Positions 48,517-59,408 of a stretch of DNA of 64,000 bases are shown here, piece by piece (the stretch's first letter is position 1; each line of letters begins with the position of its first letter). The stretch comes from Acidimicrobiia bacterium (lineage in GTDB: Bacteria > Actinomycetota > Acidimicrobiia > Spongiisociales > ZC4RG35). Position numbers and translations under genes: made by a program. The notes below the pieces were generated by a model. The model had not been told where the DNA came from, ran no database searches, and worked only from the letters and a program-made list of their open reading frames with translations. The stretch covers positions 2,912,001 to 2,976,000 of the forward strand of contig OZ244034.1 in the NCBI GenBank assembly GCA_965215185.1, read 5' to 3'.

Positions 48517-50097
48517 ATGACCAAATACGAGATAACCGGACCCGCTACTTGCCGTAGTGCGGAGATTCTGACCACCGAAGCTGCATCTCTTGTTGCCGAT
48601 GTTCATCGTGAATTCGATTCCCGTCGCCGGCAGTTGCTCGCCCAAAGGAAAGAGCGGCAAAGAGATTTCGACCAGGGGGTTCTCCCTGACTTTCTGCCCG
48701 GGACCCGGTCCGTTCGGGAGGGAGAGTGGATGGTGGATGCGGTCCCGGCTACTCTGGCTGATCGAAGGGTGGAGATAACCGGTCCGGTTGACGCCAAGAT
48801 GGTGATCAATGCTCTCAATTCGGGCGCCAAGATGTTCATGGCCGACTTCGAGGACGCAACTTCCCCCACCTGGGAAAACCTGGTGGAGGGCCAGTACAAC
48901 CTGCTGGAGGCTCAACTTCGGACTTTGAAGCTGGACACCCCCCGCAAGTCCTACCGTTTGGGACAGGAAACAGCCACCCTCCTGGTCCGCCCCAGAGGAT
49001 GGCATCTTCCCGAGAAGAACTTCTTGGTGGAGGACAACCCCGTTTCAGGCGCTCTGTTTGACTTCACCCTCTACATGTATCACGGTGGTAGAGCCGCTAT
49101 TGAAATGGGAAGCGGTCCCTTCTTTTACCTTCCCAAACTGGAGTCCCATCTTGAGGCCCGCTTGTGGAACGATGTGATCTGTTATATATCCGAGCGTTTG
49201 GGAATACCCATCGGCACGGTCAAAGCAACGGTGCTGATCGAAACGATCACAGCTGGCTTTGAGATGGAAGAGATTCTCTATGAACTGCGAAGTCACTCAG
49301 CAGGACTGAATGCGGGCCGGTGGGACTACATATTCAGCTTCATAAAGAAGCTCCGCAACCACTCCCGGTACGTGTTGCCGGATCGGTCCCAGGTCACCAT
49401 GACCGCTCCTTTCATGCATGCCTACACCGAATTGGGCGTGGCCACCTGCCACCGCCGGGGGGCTCATGCCATGGGTGGAATGGCAGCCTTTATCCCCAAT
49501 CGTCGCGACCCGGAGGTTACCGAGCGAGCTTTGGCGGCAGTGGCGGCCGACAAGCGACGGGAGGCCGAGGCCGGTTGCGACGGCACCTGGGTCGCCCATC
49601 CCGATCTGATACCGGTTGCGATGGCCGAATTCGATCGGATCTTGGGAGATCGTCCCAATCAGGTCAGCCGACAGCGAGATGACGTGGCTGTAACAGCAGA
49701 AGATCTACTGAACCCCGAAATCGAGGGAGGCACCATAACCGAGAGCGGGGTGCGGACCAACGTGTCGGTCGGCATTCGCTACATGGCCTCATGGCTGACC
49801 GGTACAGGCGCGGCTGCGATAGACAATTTGATGGAAGACGCCGCCACTGCCGAGATTTCTCGTTCCCAGATATGGCAGTGGGTGCGTCACGGGGCACGCC
49901 TTGACAACGGGGCGGTGGTAACCCCGCCGATGGTGAAGGAGATTGCCTCCGAGGAGTTGTCACGCATCCGGGCTGCAGTAGGCAACGACCTGTACCAAGC
50001 GGGTCGCTTTGACCGGGCTTGGCAGATTTTCTCCGAGGTTGCCCTGGAGGACGAGTTCGTAGAGTTTCTCACTCTGCCGGCCTATCGCGATTTGTAG
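48517..50097 (+). CDS. aceB: Malate synthase A
   Basis: RRVEITGP, MADFED, RPRGWHL, NAGRWDYIFS, GTWVAHP, MEDAATAEISR. Confidence 0.95.
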   Translation: MTKYEITGPATCRSAEILTTEAASLVADVHREFDSRRRQLLAQRKERQRDFDQGVLPDFLPGTRSVREGEWMVDAVPATLADRRVEITGPVDAKMVINALNSGAKMFMADFEDATSPTWENLVEGQYNLLEAQLRTLKLDTPRKSYRLGQETATLLVRPRGWHLPEKNFLVEDNPVSGALFDFTLYMYHGGRAAIEMGSGPFFYLPKLESHLEARLWNDVICYISERLGIPIGTVKATVLIETITAGFEMEEILYELRSHSAGLNAGRWDYIFSFIKKLRNHSRYVLPDRSQVTMTAPFMHAYTELGVATCHRRGAHAMGGMAAFIPNRRDPEVTERALAAVAADKRREAEAGCDGTWVAHPDLIPVAMAEFDRILGDRPNQVSRQRDDVAVTAEDLLNPEIEGGTITESGVRTNVSVGIRYMASWLTGTGAAAIDNLMEDAATAEISRSQIWQWVRHGARLDNGAVVTPPMVKEIASEELSRIRAAVGNDLYQAGRFDRAWQIFSEVALEDEFVEFLTLPAYRDL

Positions 50098-50116
50098 ATC
50101 CGCTTAGGCTTCTCCC

Positions 50117-52378
50117 ATGGTTCGATTCAGCGAAGCTCTCCGTTACCACTCCCATCCTCGGCCCGGAAAAATAGAGATACGGGCAACCAAGTCCACCCTC
50201 ACCCAGGCTGATCTGAGTCTCGCCTACACGCCAGGTGTGGCCGAGCCCTGTCTGGCTATTCACGAAAACCCCGGCGAGGCGTTCCAATACACCAACCGTG
50301 GCAATCTGGTGGCGGTGGTGTCCAACGGCACGGCGGTGTTGGGACTGGGCAATATCGGGGCATTGGCCTCCAAGCCGGTGATGGAGGGCAAAGCCGTGCT
50401 TTTCAAGCGGTTCGCCGACATCGATGTCTTTGACCTGGAACTGGACTCCGAGGACCCCGAGGACGTCATTCGCTTTTGCGAGTTGTTGGCACCCACCGTG
50501 GGAGGGATCAACCTCGAAGACATCCGGGCGCCTGACTGCTTCCTCATAGAGGAGACGCTGCGCCAAAGATTGAACATCCCGGTTTTTCACGACGATCAGC
50601 ACGGGACAGCCATCATCGCTGGGGCGGGTCTCATCAACGCCGCCGAATTGAGTGGACGGCGTCTTGAGGATATGAAAGTGGTGGTGCTGGGCGCCGGCGC
50701 GGCCGGAGTGGCTACTGCCAAGTTTCTTATCCGGATGGGATTTGATCCACAACGATTGCTGATGGTGGATTCACGGGGGGTGTTGCATTCGTCACGAACG
50801 GATTTGAACCCTTACAAGAAAGAGTTTGCCCGGTCAACGGAGGCGAGAACTCTGGCCGAGGCGATGGTCGACGCCGACGCTCTGATCGGGGTTGCCCAGG
50901 CTGGGCTGGTCCATCCCGAAATGTTGGAGGGGATGAAGCCCCAGCCGATCGTATTCGCCTTGGCCAATCCCGATCCGGAGATTCCCTATGACGTGGCGAA
51001 ACGGGTGAGACCGGACGCTTTCGTGGGCACCGGCCGCAGCGACTTCCCCAATCAGGTCAACAATGTGTTGGGCTTTCCTTTCATTTTCCGGGGAGCCCTG
51101 GATGTCCGAGCACGGGGAGTAAGCGAGGGAATGAAGGTGGCGGCGGCGGAGGCGCTGGCCAGTCTGGCCCGGGAACCGGTCGCCGAAGCGGTGCTGGAGG
51201 CCTATCAGTTGAAAGAGCTCTCCTTTGGTCCTGACTATCTGATCCCCAAGCCGTTCGACCCGCGGGTTCTCACCACAGTGGCTCCCGCAGTGGCCTTGGC
51301 CGCCACGCGGGAAGGCTTGGCAAGGCTTCCTTGCCATGACGAAGAGGAGTATCGGCATCGACTGAGCGCCCGCTTGCGGGCTTCCCAGGGTCTGATTCAG
51401 GTGGTGACCATCCGGGCGCGCCAGAACCCGGCCAGGGTGGTGTTCCCCTACGGTGATGATCTCCGGTTGGTGCGCGCCGCCCGGCGGGTGCTCGATGAAA
51501 GAATCGGATACCCGGTGCTTTTGGCCGACCGAGGTGTGGTCTCAGAACTCTCCGAAGAATTGGGCATCTCCTTGGAGGGCATAACAGTGATCGATCCGAT
51601 CAGCCAGCCGGAAGAGCGCAACCGATACGCCTCCCGGCTGTTGGAGCTTCGGGGTCATCGGGGCGTTTCGCGCAGTGCCGCGGCCCGGATGGTGTTTGAT
51701 CCCAATGTTTTCGCCGCCCTGATGGTGGAAACGGGAGACGTAGATGTACTGGTGGGCGGGCTCACCACCTTCTTCCCCGATACGGTTCGCCCGGCGTTGC
51801 AGATCATCAAAGTTCGAAAAGGTCGCTCCATCGCCAGCGCCTTGTATGTGGTGGTGGCCGGGCGGGCCGCCTATTTCTTTGCCGATTGCGCGGTAAATAT
51901 CGCCCCGTCGGCTGGTGAGTTGGCAGAGATCGCCGCCTCGGCGGTTGAGGTTGCTCAGCACCAGTTTGGGAGATCTCCTCGGGTGGCGTTTATCAGCTAC
52001 TCCGACTTTGGATCGGCTGCTGGAGACGAACCGGCGCGGGTCCGTCAGGCAGTGGAGATATTCCGTGATCGCTGGCCGGAGATCCCCGTGGATGGGGAGA
52101 TGCAGGCCGACACGGCGGTAGTAGAGAATCTTCTGTCCCAACGCCGCCCCGGCGGACCCCTGAAATACCCGGCCAACATCCTTGTCTTCCCCAACCTCAC
52201 GGCTGCCAACAGCGCGTACAAGCTGCTGGAGCGTTTGGGTGATGCGGAGGTGATCGGACCTATCCTCACCGGCCTGTCCCGATCGGTCCAGGTGCTGCAA
52301 AGGGATGCCTCGGTGGCGGAGATTGTCAACCTCACGGCCTACGGCGTAGCCGACGCCCAACTGCTCAGAAATGAATAG
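50117..52378 (+). CDS. maeB: NADP-dependent malic enzyme with PTA-like C-terminal domain
   Basis: LAYTPGVA, VMEGK, HDDQHGT, GAGAAG, NQVNN, DGEMQAD. Confidence 0.95.
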   Translation: MVRFSEALRYHSHPRPGKIEIRATKSTLTQADLSLAYTPGVAEPCLAIHENPGEAFQYTNRGNLVAVVSNGTAVLGLGNIGALASKPVMEGKAVLFKRFADIDVFDLELDSEDPEDVIRFCELLAPTVGGINLEDIRAPDCFLIEETLRQRLNIPVFHDDQHGTAIIAGAGLINAAELSGRRLEDMKVVVLGAGAAGVATAKFLIRMGFDPQRLLMVDSRGVLHSSRTDLNPYKKEFARSTEARTLAEAMVDADALIGVAQAGLVHPEMLEGMKPQPIVFALANPDPEIPYDVAKRVRPDAFVGTGRSDFPNQVNNVLGFPFIFRGALDVRARGVSEGMKVAAAEALASLAREPVAEAVLEAYQLKELSFGPDYLIPKPFDPRVLTTVAPAVALAATREGLARLPCHDEEEYRHRLSARLRASQGLIQVVTIRARQNPARVVFPYGDDLRLVRAARRVLDERIGYPVLLADRGVVSELSEELGISLEGITVIDPISQPEERNRYASRLLELRGHRGVSRSAAARMVFDPNVFAALMVETGDVDVLVGGLTTFFPDTVRPALQIIKVRKGRSIASALYVVVAGRAAYFFADCAVNIAPSAGELAEIAASAVEVAQHQFGRSPRVAFISYSDFGSAAGDEPARVRQAVEIFRDRWPEIPVDGEMQADTAVVENLLSQRRPGGPLKYPANILVFPNLTAANSAYKLLERLGDAEVIGPILTGLSRSVQVLQRDASVAEIVNLTAYGVADAQLLRNE

Positions 52379-52774
52379 CGGACCGTAGAAACAGACGGGT
52401 GGAGGGGCTTTTCGCCGGGAGTCTCCGCAGGCTTTGTCTCGTCACGGAAGGTGGGGTGAACGCGCGGGATGAGAGAGCCTGACCGACCACACACCCCAAA
52501 GTGCAGTGACTTCATGGAGATTCAGCTTCGTTGGCGTCGAGGCAGCCTTGGACTCGGGGAGGGGACCATAGGCCTGTGCTAACCCGGTTTTCTGATCGGT
52601 GCAGGTGTGGGGGAGTAAGCGCCTTGGTGGTGGAGAACACCCCAACGGTAGAAACCACGGTCAGGTAGGGCGCCCTCTGTGTCGGGGTTGCAGAGGCGGG
52701 AATCGTTCACCTCTGATGCCGGGTGGATCAAAGTGGACGAAGAAGCAACCGGATATGCCCGCCGGCGCCAAGAG

Positions 52775-52847
52775 TGGGTCGCCGGGGAATCGAACCCCGA
52801 ACCTGCGGGTTAAGAGCCCGTTGCTCTGCCAATTGAGCTAGCGACCC
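52775..52847 (-). tRNA. tRNA-Lys(CTT)
   Basis: Cloverleaf GGGTCGC…CT-CTT-AA…TTCGATT…GCGACCC-A. Confidence 0.93.
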
Positions 52848-52875
52848 GGAAACTCACAATCCGGAAACTCATAAT
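52846..52875 (+). repeat. 15-bp tandem duplication (1 mismatch)
   Basis: ccggaaactcacaat ccggaaactcataat. Confidence 0.85.
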
Positions 52876-52949
52876 AGCGAAGGAAAACGGCGTCCCATCG
52901 AGTTTATGGTTGTGGTTCTGTCACAGGTTTGTGCCAAAATGGGGCCTTA

Positions 52950-53023
52950 CGGGCTGTGGCGCAGCTTGGCAGCGCGCCTGCTTTGGGAGCAGGAGGTCGT
53001 CGGTTCAAATCCGACCAGCCCGA
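52950..53023 (+). tRNA. tRNA-Pro(TGG)
   Basis: CGGGCTG…TT-TGG-GA…TTCAAAT…CAGCCCG-A. Confidence 0.95.
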
Positions 53024-53083
53024 CATGAGAAACGATGGACATTGCCCGACATGGCGCCGCTAGCCTTGTCGTGGTGTTGACCG

Positions 53084-53154
<71 letters not shown>

Positions 53155-53183
53155 CTGTGGGATTTCCTTTGGTGAACACCAGA

Positions 53184-53256
53184 GCCCCCGTAGCTCAGAG
53201 GACAGAGCAGGAGCCTTCTAAGCTCTTGGCCGGGGGTTCGAATCCTCCCGGGGGCG
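53184..53256 (+). tRNA. tRNA-Arg(TCT)
   Basis: GCCCCCG…CT-TCT-AA…TTCGAAT…CGGGGGC-G. Confidence 0.95.
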
Positions 53257-53276
53257 CCGGGGAGGTCCCCCTACAT

Positions 53277-53352
53277 GGCGACCGTAGCTCAGTCAGGTTA
53301 GAGCGCCAGGTTGTGGCCCTGGAGGACGGGGGTTCAAGTCCCCTCGGTCGTC
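53277..53352 (+). tRNA. tRNA-His(GTG)
   Basis: Encoded G-1, anticodon loop TT-GTG-GC, TTCAAGT, C73. Confidence 0.93.
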
Positions 53353-53362
53353 CTAATACCCC

Positions 53363-53398
53363 TTTATGAGGTCCGATGAATTTATGAGGTTCGATGAA
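53363..53398 (+). repeat. 18-bp tandem duplication (1 mismatch) abutting the tig start
   Basis: tttatgaggtccgatgaa tttatgaggttcgatgaa. Confidence 0.85.
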
Positions 53399-54888
53399 TG
53401 AAAACACCCGATCCTGTGACGGCTGACGTCTCCTTTTCTGACGCCGGCCCGTTCGAGAAGATGGTTTCCTTTGAGATCTCTTCTGTGGACCTCAAACGCG
53501 CCATGAATGAGGCTTCCCGTCGGATTTCCCGCGAAGTCAGCATTGCGGGCTTCCGACGAGGCAAAGCCCCTCGGCGGCTGGTCGAGAATCAGGTGGGGAT
53601 CCAGCGGATACGAGCCGATGCTTTGGATGACCTGGTCCCGACCCGGGTGGACGAGATACTGTCGCAAACCGAGATTGTTCCCGTTGTCCCACCTTTATTG
53701 GAATCGGTAACCGATGCCGACCAAGGAGGGGTGAGTGTGAATGTGAGGATCACCACTTGGCCTCGCCTTGAGTCACTTCCCCACTATCGAGGCAGACAGA
53801 TTCAGATACCGGATGTTCCCTCGGTGTCGGATCAGGTGGATGCCCGCCTCAAGGAGCTCCGTCACATGTACGCTCCGCTCCAAACAGTGGATAAGGCAGT
53901 AGAGAATGGGGATTTTGTGATCATCGATTTGACGGTGATGGAGGGAGAGCGTTCTATCGACGCCCTGACTATTGACGGCTTCAGCTATGAAGTCGGTTCG
54001 GAACAGTTGACCCCTCAGATTGACGAGAGCCTGGTTGGAAAGACAGCCGGCGATGAGATAAGTGTTGCCGCTCCGCTGCCGGAATGGCTTTCCGCCACAC
54101 GCCAGACATCGAACGAAGACCAACACGATGACCAGCCGGCGGAGGGCAGATACGAGATCCGGATTGTGGAAGTGCAGTCCCGCTCCATTCCCGAGTTGGA
54201 TGACGATTGGGCTTCGGAGTACACCGGCCATGACTCGTTGGAAGAGCTTCTTCAGGAGATGGGAGACGAGGTGGAAGAGCGGCATAGCGCAGCCCTTTGG
54301 GAGATGTTGGCGGCCGAGACAATGAAGGAGATCACCTCCGAACTGGAGTTGGGTTTGCCCGAAAGGTTGCAGAACGCGCAGATGGAGTTGCTGTTTCGAA
54401 ACCATCTTGCGTCACTGGAGAATGCGAAACTGGACTATGAGACCTATCTGGAGAGAACCGGCCTTGACCACCAGCAGGTGGTAGAGGGCCTGAGACACCA
54501 GGCGGTGGCGGGGCTCAAGGCCCGGATCCTCATAGAAGGGGTGATCGAAGCGGAGGGACTGGTGGTGGATGACGCCGAGGTGTTCAATGCCCTGCGCGAA
54601 GCGGCTGGGGAGGCAGAGGATCCCGAAGGGTTCTTGCGGCATGTCGAAGAAAGTGTCCACACCGAGGAAGTAAGGGGTGATATGCTCAGAGCCAGAGCCC
54701 GAGCTTTCATGGCGATGCAGGTCCAGCCGGTTGACGCTACCGGCCGACCGGTTGAGATCGAAGCACCCTCGTGGGCGAGGGACTGGTTTGATTCGGCGCC
54801 CGGGCCGGCTGAAAGTACAGACACGCGGGGCGACCTCGGAGAGGCCCTCTATGAAGCGGAGGTAATAAATGACCCGTTCCTTGACTGA
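53398..54888 (+). CDS. tig: Trigger factor
   Basis: GFRRGKAP ribosome-binding motif, FKBP-like GDFVIID, PELDD; upstream of clpP. Confidence 0.92.
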   Translation: MKTPDPVTADVSFSDAGPFEKMVSFEISSVDLKRAMNEASRRISREVSIAGFRRGKAPRRLVENQVGIQRIRADALDDLVPTRVDEILSQTEIVPVVPPLLESVTDADQGGVSVNVRITTWPRLESLPHYRGRQIQIPDVPSVSDQVDARLKELRHMYAPLQTVDKAVENGDFVIIDLTVMEGERSIDALTIDGFSYEVGSEQLTPQIDESLVGKTAGDEISVAAPLPEWLSATRQTSNEDQHDDQPAEGRYEIRIVEVQSRSIPELDDDWASEYTGHDSLEELLQEMGDEVEERHSAALWEMLAAETMKEITSELELGLPERLQNAQMELLFRNHLASLENAKLDYETYLERTGLDHQQVVEGLRHQAVAGLKARILIEGVIEAEGLVVDDAEVFNALREAAGEAEDPEGFLRHVEESVHTEEVRGDMLRARARAFMAMQVQPVDATGRPVEIEAPSWARDWFDSAPGPAESTDTRGDLGEALYEAEVINDPFLD

Positions 54889-55522
54889 GGGGCCCTTCCC
54901 CACCACCCGTTTTTCGGGTTACATCCCGGTTCCCCATGTGACCGAGCAGACCAGCAGGGGGGAGCGCACTTCCGATATCTACAGTCGCTTGCTCAAGGAT
55001 CGGATCGTTTTTCTGGGAACCCCCATTGATGACACCGTGGCCAATCTGGTCATGGCGCAGATGCTCCATCTGGAGAGCGAAGATCCAGACAAGGATATTT
55101 TCCTGTATATAAACTCGCCGGGTGGGCAGATGACTTCGCTCTTCGCCCTTTATGACACCATGCAGTATGTGAGGCCTGATATCAGCACAGTGTGTATGGG
55201 GATGGCTGCTTCAGCAGCCGCGGTGTTGCTGGCGGGAGGCGCCGAGGGAAAGCGTTATGCGCTGCCTCACGCCCGGGTCATGCTTCACCAACCTCACGGT
55301 GGCGCCCAAGGCCAGGCCACCGATATCGAAATCCAGGCCCGGCTTATTCTGCAGATGAGGGAGCAGACCAACAGGATACTTTCCCGGCACACCGGTCAGT
55401 CTGTGGAAAAGGTCGCTAATGACACCGACCGGGACTATTGGATGATGGCGAGCGAAGCGGTGTCATACGGGGTGATCGACCAGGTACTCACCCGCAAGAC
55501 TCTCGCTGCTGTCGGGGACTGA
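54869..55522 (+). CDS. clpP: Clp protease proteolytic subunit
   Basis: [25 protein letters not shown]. Confidence 0.97.
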   Translation: MTRSLTEGPFPTTRFSGYIPVPHVTEQTSRGERTSDIYSRLLKDRIVFLGTPIDDTVANLVMAQMLHLESEDPDKDIFLYINSPGGQMTSLFALYDTMQYVRPDISTVCMGMAASAAAVLLAGGAEGKRYALPHARVMLHQPHGGAQGQATDIEIQARLILQMREQTNRILSRHTGQSVEKVANDTDRDYWMMASEAVSYGVIDQVLTRKTLAAVGD

Positions 55523-55532
55523 GGTCGCCCAA

Positions 55533-56789
55533 ATGGCGCGGGAAGGATCGGACCTCCTCAAATGCAGCTTTTGCGGGCAGTCCCAAAAACAGGTCTTGAA
55601 GCTGATCGCTGGTCCGGGCGTCTACATCTGCAACGAATGCATTGATCTGTGCAACGAGATCATCGACGAGGAGACCTCCTCTGACGGGTATCAGGTACAG
55701 GAACTTCCCAACCCCACCGACATCTACAAGTACCTCGACTCCTATGTGGTAGGCCAAGAAGTGGCTAAACGGTCTTTGTCGGTGGCGGTCTATAACCACT
55801 ACAAACGGCTGCGGCTGGCCAATCGCAGCCATTCCGAGGTTGAGGTGGAAAAGTCCAACGTACTTCTGGTCGGCCCGACCGGATCGGGAAAAACGCTCTT
55901 GGCCCGAACCTTGGCCCGACAGCTCAATGTTCCCATCGCCATTACCGACGCCACCGCTCTAACCGAGGCGGGATATGTGGGTGAGGATGTGGAGAACATC
56001 CTGCTGAGACTGGTTCAGGCGGCCGACTACGACCTGAAGGTGGCTCAGACCGGAATCGTCTATATTGATGAGATAGACAAGGTGGCTCGCAAGGCGGACA
56101 ACCCTTCCATAACCCGGGACGTGTCAGGAGAAGGTGTGCAGCAGGCGCTGTTGAAGATACTGGAGGGGACGGTCGCCTCGGTTCCCCCACAGGGTGGGCG
56201 AAAACACCCCCACCAGGAGTTTCTTCAGCTCGACACCACGGACATCTTGTTCATCTGCGGAGGCGCATTTGATGGATTGGAGGACATCATCGCCCGGCGG
56301 GTGGGGAGTGGTTCGGTGGGGTTTGGCGCCGATATCAAGTCTCGCCTCGAACGCTCCGACGGCGACCTGCTTCGTCAGGTGCTTCCCGAGGATCTCATGA
56401 AATATGGACTGATACCCGAGTTCATCGGACGGTTGCCGGTGCTCAGCGCCGTCCATCCCCTCGATGTCGATGATCTGGTGAAGATTCTGCAGGAGCCTCG
56501 CAACGCCCTGATCAAGCAGTACCGCCATCTCTTGGATCTTGATGATGTGGAGTTGATCTTCACCCCCCAAGCGATTGGCGAGATCGCAGAGCAGGCACTC
56601 GCCCGAGGCACCGGAGCCCGGGGTCTGCGGTCAATTATGGAGGACTTGCTTTGCGACCTGATGTTCCAGGCGCCCACTCGCCCCGACATCAGGCGAGTGG
56701 TGGTGGACCATCTGATGGTGAGAGAGGGAAACGTGGCCTCGTTGAGAGACGCTCGGGCAAGTAAGCGCCAGCGCGAACAGACCGCCTGA
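55533..56789 (+). CDS. clpX: Clp protease ATPase subunit
   Basis: CSFC…CNEC Zn finger, [23 protein letters not shown]. Confidence 0.97.
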   Translation: MAREGSDLLKCSFCGQSQKQVLKLIAGPGVYICNECIDLCNEIIDEETSSDGYQVQELPNPTDIYKYLDSYVVGQEVAKRSLSVAVYNHYKRLRLANRSHSEVEVEKSNVLLVGPTGSGKTLLARTLARQLNVPIAITDATALTEAGYVGEDVENILLRLVQAADYDLKVAQTGIVYIDEIDKVARKADNPSITRDVSGEGVQQALLKILEGTVASVPPQGGRKHPHQEFLQLDTTDILFICGGAFDGLEDIIARRVGSGSVGFGADIKSRLERSDGDLLRQVLPEDLMKYGLIPEFIGRLPVLSAVHPLDVDDLVKILQEPRNALIKQYRHLLDLDDVELIFTPQAIGEIAEQALARGTGARGLRSIMEDLLCDLMFQAPTRPDIRRVVVDHLMVREGNVASLRDARASKRQREQTA

Positions 56790-56804
56790 GTTGCTGCGGC
56801 GACC

Positions 56805-59405
56805 ATGGGAATCTCCCAGGCTCGGATGAGAGCCGCTTACGATCCCAAGGTAATAGAGCCACGATGGTATTCGCTCTGGGAGGACGCCGGGATCTTCCGT
56901 CCCGAATACCGGCCGGAGGGCGATCCTTTCTGCGTGGTGATTCCTCCTCCCAATGTCACTGGGTCCCTTCACATAGGCCACGCCCTCAACCACACCATCC
57001 ACGATGTCATAGCTCGCCGTCGCCGCATGCAGGGCTGGGCAGTGCTGTGGGTGCCGGGAGCCGACCACGCCGGCATCGCCACCCAGACTGTGGTGGAGAA
57101 GTCGCTGGCAGAGAAGGGCCTGAACCGTTTTGATCTGGGCAGGGAGGCTTTCATTGATCGAGTTTGGGAGTGGAAGGAGCGCTTCGGGGGACGGATCACC
57201 CAACAAATACGAAGAATGGGCAACTCGTGCGACTGGACCAGAGAGAGATTCACTCTGGACGAGGGTCTGTCCACGGCAGTTCTGGAAGTGTTCGTCCGAC
57301 TCTACGAGGACGGGCTGATCTACCGGGGGGAGCGAATAATCAACTGGTGTCCCCGCTGTGAGACCGCCTTGGCCGACATAGAGGTGGAGCACCAGGAACT
57401 GGATGGAGAGTTGGTAAGGATTTTCTACCCTTTCTCGGACGAATCCGGGGGGGTGACGGTGGCCACCACCCGGGCCGAGACCATGTTGGGCGACACCGGG
57501 GTGGCCGTACATCCTGATGATTCCCGCTACCGGGACATAGTGGGTAAAGAAGTCCGACTTCCCTTGCTGGGGAGGACGATCCCCATCGTGGCCGATCGGG
57601 GCGTGGATCCCGATTTCGGGACGGGGGCCGTGAAAGTCACCCCCGCCCACGATCCCTTGGACTTCGAGATAGCCGAGCGCCATGGTTTGGAGAGGATTCT
57701 GGTGCTGGACGACAAAGCAGTGATCACCCAGGCGGGCGACCGCTTTGCGGGGTTGGATAGTCTTGAAGCCCGGAGGGCGGTGATCGACGCGCTGGACGCG
57801 GAAGGGGCCCTGGTCGGCCGGGAGCCGTACCAACACTCGGTAGGGTTTTGCTACCGCTGCGACACGGTGGTGGAACCTGTCTTGTCGACCCAGTGGTTTG
57901 TGAAAGTGGATGAACTGGTTCGGCCCGCCATCGAGGCGGTCAAATCGGGCGACAACTGTTTCATCCCTTCCCATTGGGAGAAGAGCTACTTTCATTGGAT
58001 GGAAAACCTGCGCGATTGGTGTATCTCCCGCCAGATCTGGTGGGGACACCGCATCCCCGCTTGGTACTGCGCCTCCGAGCACATCACGGTTGCCCGCTCC
58101 GTGCCTGAAGTTTGCCAGGTGTGCGGAGCAGGGGAATTGGTGCAGGACGCTGACGTGTTGGACACATGGTTCTCGTCGGCGCTGTGGCCGTTCTCCACCT
58201 TGGGGTGGCCCGAAGAGACCGAGGATCTGGCCAGGTTCTATCCCAACATGGTTTTGATCACCGGATTCGACATTATTTACTTCTGGGTGGCCCGGATGAT
58301 GAAGATGGGCCTGCGGTTTCTGGGAGATGTTCCTTTCCGGGAGACGGTGATCCACGGCTTGGTGCGGGACAGCGAAGGGCGCAAGATGTCCAAGTCATTG
58401 GGGAATACCATCGACCCGTTGGAGGTGGTGGAAGAGTACGGGGCCGATCCTCTGCGCCTGGCCCTGATCCAGGCGGCCAACCCCGGCCAGGACGTTCCTC
58501 TCGACATGGAGTGGGTGGAGGGCACTCGTCGCTTCGGGAACAAACTGTGGAATGCAGTGCGGTACGTCCTTCGCCATCTGCCCGAAAGAAGCGTTCCTCC
58601 TTACGGTGGGTATCCGGCCAACCCGGCGCCGGTGGATCGGTGGGTGCTGGCGGGCTTGGGTGAGGTGGCTGCCCGGTTTGATCGGCTCTCCGACGGGTAT
58701 CGTTTCTCCGACGCCTACAGCCTGTTGTACAACTATTCGTGGGCCGAGGTGTTCGACTGGTATTTGGAGATGTCCAAGGCGGCCCTCGATAGTTCCGACG
58801 ATTCCCAGGTCACTCAAGAGACTCTGGGAGTGGTGATGCGGGATCTTCTTAAGCTGTTCCATCCCGCCATTCCGTTCCTGACAGAGGAACTGTGGTCGTA
58901 TCTGGTGGGGACCGAATTGCTGGCCGGCGCCGATTGGCCCAACATTCCTCCCTATGACCCGGTACCCGAGATGGAGGATCTCAAAGCTCTAGTTTCCGGG
59001 ATACGCCAATTCCGGGCCGCCCAGGGCCTGAGCCACCGCCAGGTCCTTCCCTTGGGGATTACCGGTCAGCCTCCCCGATGGGTTGTAGAACTGGTGGAGA
59101 ACTTGGCCGGCGCGTCGGTCGAAACCTGGAAGGAAGGGGTGGGCAAAGGCCATGTCCACCTGTCGGCGGGCCGCTGGGATGGCTTCATCCCGCTCCGTGG
59201 GTTGGTGGATCCGGAAGCTGAACGTCAGCGGATAGATCGGGCTATCTCCCGGCTCGCAGTGCAGGTAAACCGTTCTTTGGGGAAGCTCGACAATCCGGAT
59301 TTCGTCGAACGGGCTCCGGCGGCGGTTGTGGAGAAAGAGCGCGGCAAACTAGCCGAGGCTACCGAGCGGTTAGGTTCCCTTCGGCTCCAGCGAGAGGCTT
59401 TATAA
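56805..59405 (+). CDS. valS: Valyl-tRNA synthetase
   Basis: PPPNVTG-HIGH, WCISRQIWWGH, KMSKS, C-terminal coiled coil. Confidence 0.97.
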   Translation: MGISQARMRAAYDPKVIEPRWYSLWEDAGIFRPEYRPEGDPFCVVIPPPNVTGSLHIGHALNHTIHDVIARRRRMQGWAVLWVPGADHAGIATQTVVEKSLAEKGLNRFDLGREAFIDRVWEWKERFGGRITQQIRRMGNSCDWTRERFTLDEGLSTAVLEVFVRLYEDGLIYRGERIINWCPRCETALADIEVEHQELDGELVRIFYPFSDESGGVTVATTRAETMLGDTGVAVHPDDSRYRDIVGKEVRLPLLGRTIPIVADRGVDPDFGTGAVKVTPAHDPLDFEIAERHGLERILVLDDKAVITQAGDRFAGLDSLEARRAVIDALDAEGALVGREPYQHSVGFCYRCDTVVEPVLSTQWFVKVDELVRPAIEAVKSGDNCFIPSHWEKSYFHWMENLRDWCISRQIWWGHRIPAWYCASEHITVARSVPEVCQVCGAGELVQDADVLDTWFSSALWPFSTLGWPEETEDLARFYPNMVLITGFDIIYFWVARMMKMGLRFLGDVPFRETVIHGLVRDSEGRKMSKSLGNTIDPLEVVEEYGADPLRLALIQAANPGQDVPLDMEWVEGTRRFGNKLWNAVRYVLRHLPERSVPPYGGYPANPAPVDRWVLAGLGEVAARFDRLSDGYRFSDAYSLLYNYSWAEVFDWYLEMSKAALDSSDDSQVTQETLGVVMRDLLKLFHPAIPFLTEELWSYLVGTELLAGADWPNIPPYDPVPEMEDLKALVSGIRQFRAAQGLSHRQVLPLGITGQPPRWVVELVENLAGASVETWKEGVGKGHVHLSAGRWDGFIPLRGLVDPEAERQRIDRAISRLAVQVNRSLGKLDNPDFVERAPAAVVEKERGKLAEATERLGSLRLQREAL

Positions 59406-59408
59406 CAG

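Noticed and set aside
52379-52774. Integrated element or ncRNA downstream of tRNA-Lys
   Set aside because: No integrase, no duplicated tRNA 3' end and no recognisable RNA consensus were found.
56631-58355. Long antisense ORFs (also 7805..9313 and 36312..37622)
   Set aside because: These are shadow frames of high-GC3 genes (valS, purH, cofG) with no recognisable motifs.
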